From: Octopus sinensis
Taxonomy: Eukaryota
Length of the DNA stretch: 64,000 nt
Reading direction: 5' to 3'
NCBI RefSeq assembly: GCF_006345805.1
Contig: NC_043011.1
Coordinates: forward strand, 310,001 to 374,000
Below the pieces are notes generated by a model. The model saw nothing but the letters and a program-made list of their open reading frames with translations, was not told the DNA's origin and ran no database searches. Shown in pieces: positions 57,334-64,000 of this stretch (the stretch's first letter is position 1; every line of letters begins with the position of its first letter). Position numbers and translations under genes: made by a program.

Positions 57334-58260
57334 GAGAACAGAAGAAGTAGCCAATGTGGTGTATACATTGAAACTGACATCCATTACAAACCCACTGACT
57401 CTAAACAATACCTTCTATTCACCTCCAATCACCCAAAACACACAAAGACAAATATCCCCTTCAACCTAGCGAGAAGAATCTGCACTATTGTCTCAAATGA
57501 CACAACACGAAATAGAAGACTCCGGGAACTAAGGGCAATTCTTCTCGAAAGACATTACCCGGCATCACTAGTAGACAACGGAATAGAACGGGCCAAATCA
57601 ATCAACATTCAAGACCTTCGAAAACCCAAACACATCCACAGTACAGTCAATAGCCTCCCTTATCTCTCAACACACAACCCAAGAAATGCAGAAGCTTACA
57701 CTATTATATACAACAACATTCCACAACTAAATCAAGACCCACGCCTGAAAAAAATACTGGCAGCTCATAAAATAATAAAAAGTAAGAGACAACCTAAATC
57801 CCTAAAAAACCTCCCCACCAACGCAAAATTACACAACACAAACCCACCGCCCACCATCAAAAAATGTGGTCGCCCCAACTGCAAGACCTGCATCCACCTC
57901 ATTGAGGGATCGTCGTACAAGTTCCACTCGGGACACACATTCATCATAAAAAATAATTTCACGTGTGCATCAAAAAATTTACTCTACGTCATAAGGTGTG
58001 AAGGATGCCACGAAGACTACATAGGGCAAACGAGCCTTACCCTCAGAGACAGAATGACAGTTCACCGACAACAACTGAGGGACCCCTCCACAAGACAGAT
58101 ACCACTAAGTGGACACTTAGACCTTTGTGCACACAATAAGTCCCCCAAATTCTTAGTCTTCCCACTATACCAATGCTCGGACAACACCACAGACCAAACA
58201 CGAATAAATAAGGAAAGTAATCTTATTCAAAAATACAGACCACAACTAAACATACTCTAA
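57334..58260 (+). CDS. Penelope RT C-terminus plus GIY-YIG endonuclease, stop-free 308-codon frame, 5' truncated
   Basis: Hand translation: YKPTDSKQYL..HPKH; CGRPNCKTC; LLYVIRCEGCHEDYIGQT..LRDRMTVH; KESNLIQKYRPQLN. The ORF track shows only 58054-58260 because no start codon lies upstream. Confidence 0.88.
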   Translation, partial: ENRRSSQCGVYIETDIHYKPTDSKQYLLFTSNHPKHTKTNIPFNLARRICTIVSNDTTRNRRLRELRAILLERHYPASLVDNGIERAKSINIQDLRKPKHIHSTVNSLPYLSTHNPRNAEAYTIIYNNIPQLNQDPRLKKILAAHKIIKSKRQPKSLKNLPTNAKLHNTNPPPTIKKCGRPNCKTCIHLIEGSSYKFHSGHTFIIKNNFTCASKNLLYVIRCEGCHEDYIGQTSLTLRDRMTVHRQQLRDPSTRQIPLSGHLDLCAHNKSPKFLVFPLYQCSDNTTDQTRINKESNLIQKYRPQLNIL

Positions 58261-58670
58261 CATACCCCCTGGAAGCACATCCAGAGCAAGCACACAGGGA
58301 CGCGCGCACGCTCACAGCATATCGTGCGGGCGGGCACATGTGCGCATCGGCACGCATAGGACACACTAGCAGGCATTGACCGCACACATACGTGGCATGC
58401 ACACGCATGCTTTATATATATGTAGGTGATGTATGTGTGTGAGTGTTGTGTGTGTGTGTGTGTGTGCGCGGGTGTATATATATATGTGTGTGTGTGTGTG
58501 TGCACTGTGTGCGTGTGTGTGTATATGTGTGTGTGCGCGCGCGTTGTGTGTGTGTGTGTGCACGTGTGTATATGTGTGTGTGTGTGTGTGCACTGTGTAC
58601 GGGTGTGTGTGTATGTGTGTGTGTGTGTGTGAGCATTGTGTACGTGTGTATGTATTTACATGTGTATTTG

Positions 58671-58719
<49 letters not shown>

Positions 58720-59517
58720 ATGTGTGTTGTGTGTGTATATGCATGGTATGTGTGTATATGTTAGTACTTTGTTTGTGTGTGTGTGCGGCATGTAGAGATA
58801 TATTTGAGTGTGTACGCTATAGGTTTGTAATTTGTGTGTGTGTGGGGGGGGGTGAATTTTATATATATATATATGTGTGTGTATGTGTGTGAAAAAATAT
58901 ATGTATGTGCATGTATGTATGTATGTATGTGTGTATATATATATATATATATATGTGTGTATATATATGTGTGTGTGTGTATATTTATTTGCATGTTTAT
59001 GTGTGTATAAACATGTACATTATTTGCATGCGCATTGTGTATATGTATATTGTATGTATGTGTATTATATATGTACAGCCTTTCTGCTAATACCGACAGG
59101 TCAGTAAAAACATATTCTCGCCTTGTACTTAAAATATTCTGAGATGTATAAAAAATCCATTTTAATTTTTGCTGTCAAAAGGCTGTATATATATACCAAA
59201 GATTGTATATATATACATGTAATGTGACAATTTGCGACAACCAATAATTAACGCAACCAATTCCCAATAATATATTTGTTTTATCCTTTTCTGCCAAATT
59301 TTCCCAAATATTCTCATCACACTATTGAACTTCTCTGTTACGAAACACTATATTTATACATGTAATGTGACAATTATGTATAAAAAAACATTTTTGAATT
59401 CATAATATCCAATGTGACAATTATGTAAAAAACTTTTTTGAATGCATAATATTCAATGTGACAATTATGTAAAAAACTTTTTTTGAACCCATATTATTCA
59501 ATGTTTCCTTAAATGTA

Positions 59518-59558
59518 ACTTTTGACAATCTTTTACCAAAGAGTGAAACCGGTTAAGT
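59518..59558 (+). ncRNA. Putative minimal type I hammerhead ribozyme, U3-A8 core variant
   Basis: ACTT-TTGACAA-TCTTTTACCAAAGAGT-GAAA-CCGG-TT-AAGT; mirror copy at 56845-56885 on the minus strand. Confidence 0.55.
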
Positions 59559-59632
59559 AATAAACATCGTTTAAATTGCATTTTCAAACCTTTTTTCTTA
59601 TATAATCCCACTCGTGCGATACCCCACAACTC

Positions 59633-59680
<48 letters not shown>

Positions 59681-59682
<2 letters not shown>

Positions 59683-59895
59683 TGTGGAAGCACTCTGTCG
59701 GTTACGACGATGAGGGTTCCGGTTGATCCAATCAACGGAACAGCTTGCTCGTAAAATTAACATGTAAGTGGCTGAGCACTCCACAGACACGTGTACCCTT
59801 AACGTAGTTCTCGGGGATATTCAGCGTGACACAGAGAATGACAAGGCCGGCCCTTTGAAATACAGGTACAACAGAAACAGGAAGTAAGAGTGATA
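59681..59895. repeat. Interspersed repeat fragment, probably SINE-derived
   Basis: Non-coding block after (TA)n that I recognise as a recurrent cephalopod repeat; single copy here, unverified. Confidence 0.35.
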
Positions 59896-59945
59896 AGTTG
59901 ATACCTAGTGAAAATAGAAAAAAAGTACTTAAAAATTCTTCAAGT

Positions 59946-60337
59946 TACTCTCTCTTTTTACTCTTTTACTTGTTTCAGTCATTTGACTGTGGCCATGCTG
60001 GAGCACCGCCTTTAGTCGAGCAAATCGACCCCGGGACTTATTCTTTGTAAGCCCAGTACTTATTCTATCGGTGTCTTTTGCCGAACCGCTAAGTTACGGG
60101 GACGTAAACACACCAGCATCGGTTGTCAAGTGATGTTGGGGGGACAAACACAGACACACAAACATATACACACATATATATATACATATATACGACGGGC
60201 TTCTTCCAGTTTCCGTCTACCAAATCCACTCACAAGGGTTTGGTCGGTCCGAGGCTATATAGGTGCCTTGCAGTGGGACTGAACGCGGAACCATGTGGTT
60301 GGTAAACAAGCTACTTACCACACAGCCACTTCTACAC
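59946..60337 (-). mobile_element. SINE family B, near full length
   Basis: High similarity to 55741-56150. Confidence 0.9.
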
Positions 60338-60339
60338 CT

Positions 60340-60905
60340 AGTTAGGTGAGAAAATTTTTAAAAAACCTATAGATATGGTAAAGAAAGCTGGGAGAATGAA
60401 GTAATTATTAAACAAATTGGAAGAATGCTATTCCCAGTAAAAGGAATAAATGTCGAACATAAAAGACATATTAACCAACTTAAAAAAGATTCATGCAGAA
60501 ATAGTCATGAGAAATGAAATCCCCATTGAAGTATTGTACGACATGTTTGAGGTACCAATACCTAAACGATTTGAAACTACATGTTCTAGCATCAGAAAAC
60601 AGAAAAGAACGGAAACACTGGAATTGAACCTTAAGCATAAGGGATATTAAAACTCAGAGTAAAGCTTAATTCTCAAAAGGGGAGAAGTCAGGGGGAAACT
60701 AATTCTAAAAAGGGGAGATGTGTTGGAAGGATTCTGACCACTCCCAAGAAACTAAAAGTAGACTGACACATTGCTATAAAATAAAGAACTGTCAGCAGTT
60801 CAGAGTAAGGAGTTCACTGTAATCTGTTGGCAGAGAGCGTTTAACCTTGTGTAACAGTAATAGTAGTGTGTCGTGTGAATACTTCGTTAAATTATATATC
60901 CAACA
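60340..60905 (+). mobile_element. LTR retrotransposon 3' remnant with a 185-bp LTR (60721-60905)
   Basis: Polypurine tract AAAAAGGGGAGA (60707-60718); LTR with inverted ends TGTTGGA..TCCAACA and internal TATAAAATAAA. Confidence 0.7.
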
Positions 60906-60939
60906 CCATGATATAAAAGTTTGTATGTATGTTATGTCA

Positions 60940-61503
60940 GGTCACTTTCAAGTGCTACTGGTAACATGTAACCCAGTACAACCTGTTGCATGGTCGTGTC
61001 GTCGGCGACTAAACCGGCAACCCCACCAAGCTTGTTTGGTGAGGAGGGTGTTTATTGGACACCCTGTGGGATGAAAAACAAAACCCGTCAAAGGGCAGAG
61101 GAACTCTTGAGTATCAACAGACATCCAATAAATGTCTTAAGGCTGTATCATGCACGGGGACATAGAAATAATCAGGCTGAATACCCGATTGCACGGTTAA
61201 ACCATTGGGAGTGAAGGACTCCTAGCCTTTGTTAAGGCATTCTTCTAGGAGACGGTAACTCAGGTATCTGGGATAACTCCGACATAGAACCTGCGGCTCA
61301 GTAGAACCTGACTTGTTCTTCTTTTCGGATTATGACTGCTATTGCTTTTCGGATTATGACTGCTATTGCTTAGTGAGTGGGATTGACTCAGTGCACAGCC
61401 TTTCCTCACTTTAAAAAAAATCTTGCACAGGCATTGCACAATAACAACATTGATTAAGCTTTGTGCAATGGCCATACTCGATAACGAGGGGGCAGCCACC
61501 ATG
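60940..61503 (+). mobile_element. Bipartite, internally deleted non-autonomous RTE derivative
   Basis: 5' part matches 14380-14570; 3' end GTGCAATGGCCA.ACTCGATAA.GAGGGGGCAGCCA matches the RTE terminus at 54845-54900; 24-bp tandem duplication at 61321-61368. Confidence 0.7.
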
Positions 61504-61862
61504 TATGTATGTATGTATGTATGTATTTATGTATGTATGTATGTATGCATAACATTTTAAAAGCAGCTTTGATATAGTAAATATCATTGGTTGCACATAC
61601 ATAGTGTATATGTACTTGCGGTGGGATAGCATCTTGGGAAAGCTCCCTACCCAACACTGAGTGTTAAAGAACACTGAATGTCCCAGACAGATAAAACAAC
61701 TCACCTGACATGACTGTGAATGATAAATATCAATATTTTACTAATGCTATAGCTTGTCAGTACCATGTACTCAATTCACAACGAAACACATTGAATCATT
61801 GGTCTGAGACATACATGCAGATAGTGTGAGCACAAAATTAAGTAAAATATAATTTCGAATTA

Positions 61863-62145
61863 GAGTGGTTGTATACTCTCAACTTAACGTGACAGTAGGG
61901 GATTACACCACCGCTGTTTAGCCCTAGGAAGCATCGACGCTTCCTGTCGGCTTCGATACATTTCCTGTGTCCTTATTACACCACCGCTGTTTAGCCCTAG
62001 GAAGCATCGACGCTTCGACACATTTCCTGTGTCCTTATTACAGGAAATGTGTCGAAGCTGATAGGAAGCGTCGATGCTTCCTAGGGCTAAACAGCGGTGG
62101 TGTAATCCCCTACTGTCATGTTAAGTTGACAGTATACAACCACTC
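61863..62145. mobile_element. Foldback/MITE-like element with ~106-bp arms
   Basis: 61863-61968 versus 62040-62145 inverted with few mismatches; TA on both flanks; internal partial duplication of the left arm. Confidence 0.85.
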
Positions 62146-62229
62146 TATCGCCCCACCACCGTACATATCTCTATGAGATATTTAGAAATTTAATATTTCT
62201 AATTTCGAATTAAACGCAGATCAAATAGA

Positions 62230-62460
62230 TGGTATTGTGAAGAAAACTTATAGTCCAAGTCTCCCCCTCTGTGGGTAACCAAAGGTAGGTTTCTCTCCCC
62301 AAGTGAAAGGAAGATTGTATGATGCACGTATTCAGACAGCAGTTCTCCTTGGTCATGAGATGTGGGTCTTGAATGCAGAGGACGTGCAAAGGCCAGAGAG
62401 GAATGAAGCTAGCATACTCTGCTGGATGTATAACGTAAGTGTACATGTTAGGCGTAAGAA
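62230..62460 (+). mobile_element. RTE LINE fragment downstream of RT
   Basis: KGRLYDARIQTAVLLGHEMWVLNAEDVQRPERNEASILCWM. Confidence 0.75.
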
Positions 62461-62663
62461 GAATTAGATTCAGTTTGCAAGAGAGAAGACTGCTGGTACT
62501 TATACTGAACTGTTAAGTTGCAGAAATTTGAAGAAACCAACACTGGTTGTCAAGTGTTATATAGTCTATCTTTCACTTTGAGCAAGAATATCTTTGCTGC
62601 CAGCAGAGCGGTAATAGCTATCTGATTTTTACTCAAACCTTTCTTACCCTGACTACTACTTTC

Positions 62664-63098
62664 GGATCTTTTCGGTTTGAACGGCAGCTTTTTCTTGCGG
62701 TATCATATGAAATTGTCATCCATAATTATGACTGACCCTAGTATCGATCTATTGCATTTCAATCTGTTTTAGGGTTAGGGTTAGTTAGGGTTAGGGGTGG
62801 GGGAAGGGTATTTTTTTTTCTTCACAAATGTAAATAAACCCAATCTGTTTCTTAAACGAGGGACATATTCATACGGCACGGAATGTTTTTTTTTTTACCT
62901 CAATAGACATCAGTGATTGGTTGAAATTGCAGAAATTGAAGAAAAAAAACAACAAATATCTTACAAACTATAGAATTTTCTTAATAAAGCCAAGAGAAAA
63001 AGATGTTTTATAAACACATTCTACCAGTATACGAAGTTTAAAATTTTTTAGTTGCCTAGAAATTATGTTAAAAACTACCGTTCAAACCGAAAAGATCC
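62664..63098. mobile_element. Non-autonomous DNA transposon with GG termini, ~29-bp TIR, 8-bp TSD and internal TTAGGG repeats
   Basis: GGATCTTTTCGGTTTGAACGG(C/T)AG(C/T)TTTT TIRs, 27/29 match; flanks CTACTTTC and CTACTTCC. Confidence 0.85.
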
Positions 63099-63408
63099 CT
63101 ACTTCCTGAATAGCTATTTCCCCTGCTAATTATATCACCTATATAACAGAAGCTATTAATTACGAACAATGAGCCAGCTAGGCATTTAAAAGACTCTACT
63201 TCCAGCATGATTTTAATGCATATTGCTCCCTGCATCAGCTGTTAGTCTATCTGCGATGCCACTTCGTCTCCTGTATGTCCATAGTTTACATTGGGTACAG
63301 CATACAGAATTTATACCAACCTCTTTTCTTCAAACTGGCTGTTTCTCTGATGGTACCAGGGTGCAGGTTTCTTTCCTACACACTAACTATATCTTGCATT
63401 GTGTACAT

Positions 63409-63587
63409 CAGTGCTTTTCAAACTTTTTGCTGGAGCGGAACCCCAAGGAAACATTCCACTGGCTCAAGGAACCCCTGTGCAATAATTTAATTGTCTTATG
63501 CACACATATTTGCACAGGAGAATTAAAAATTACTGCCGATTTTAGCAGTTTTGTAACTTCTTGCGGAACCCTGGTTGAAAACCACTG
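63409..63587. mobile_element. hAT/Charlie-type MITE (179 bp)
   Basis: TIRs CAGTGCTTTTCAAAC and (reverse complement) CAGTGGTTTTCAACC; 8-bp TSD GTGTACAT/GTCTACAT. Confidence 0.88.
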
Positions 63588-64000
63588 GTCTACATGATCA
63601 GTTTCTGAATCTTTCAGGCGTCTACTGGAACGATGCACTTTTCCCAATTTGCAACATGAGTTCTGACTTTGGGATCTAGAAAATAATTGGTAGCAAGTTT
63701 TCTTGATGTTACTTTGAAATTAAATACCAGTTGCTTTAATCCTGTCCATAAACCTAATAATAATTTACATTGTGTAAATAAATCCCTGTAGAAGCATAAT
63801 CAATTTTATACTTAGAGATGTTTTTAATAGAATATCGAAATCATACGTCAATGAAGAAACTTTTAAACAATAAGCTAATTACTATAACATGGTTCTAAAC
63901 AGCCAGATATAAAAAGAAATTAGACATACTCTAGACGTAAATAACCCACCCACTATAGGAAAAAAATACAAGGTAGGAAACACAGATAAGGGGAGGGAAT

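Larger units (their letters stand above)
56798..59604 (+). mobile_element. 5'-truncated Penelope-like element with inverted terminal pLTR
   Basis: 56798-57327 and 59076-59604 are near-identical inverted repeats enclosing an RT-thumb/GIY-YIG frame and a microsatellite-rich 3' region. Confidence 0.9.

Noticed and set aside
62769-62808. Chromosome end or fusion scar
   Set aside because: Only about four repeats, enclosed within a TIR/TSD-bounded element.

Overview
Repeat-dense, AT-rich animal genomic DNA. The SINE families and microsatellite load suggest an octopod cephalopod (inference, not verified). No host protein-coding gene is confidently identifiable; one possible short first exon lies at 25.9 kb. 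Most ORFs in the track are microsatellite artefacts. Non-LTR retrotransposons: four R4/Dong-type elements (RT plus restriction-like endonuclease), all oriented with (TAA)n tracts; a full-length L1/Tx1-clade element; a full-length RTE with a 10-bp TSD; and RTE 3' ends with tandem C2H2 fingers. Penelope-like pieces include a young copy flanked by ~530-bp inverted repeats that carry a hammerhead-like motif with a U3-A8 core variant. Also present: Tc1 and mariner relics, several MITEs, a 185-bp LTR, many tRNA-derived SINEs, and a 100-N gap at 33327-33426. The most striking structure is 33.5-49.2 kb: a Tx1 element runs into a ~10-kb (ATT)n array holding three different Dong families and a 550-bp non-coding passenger element.
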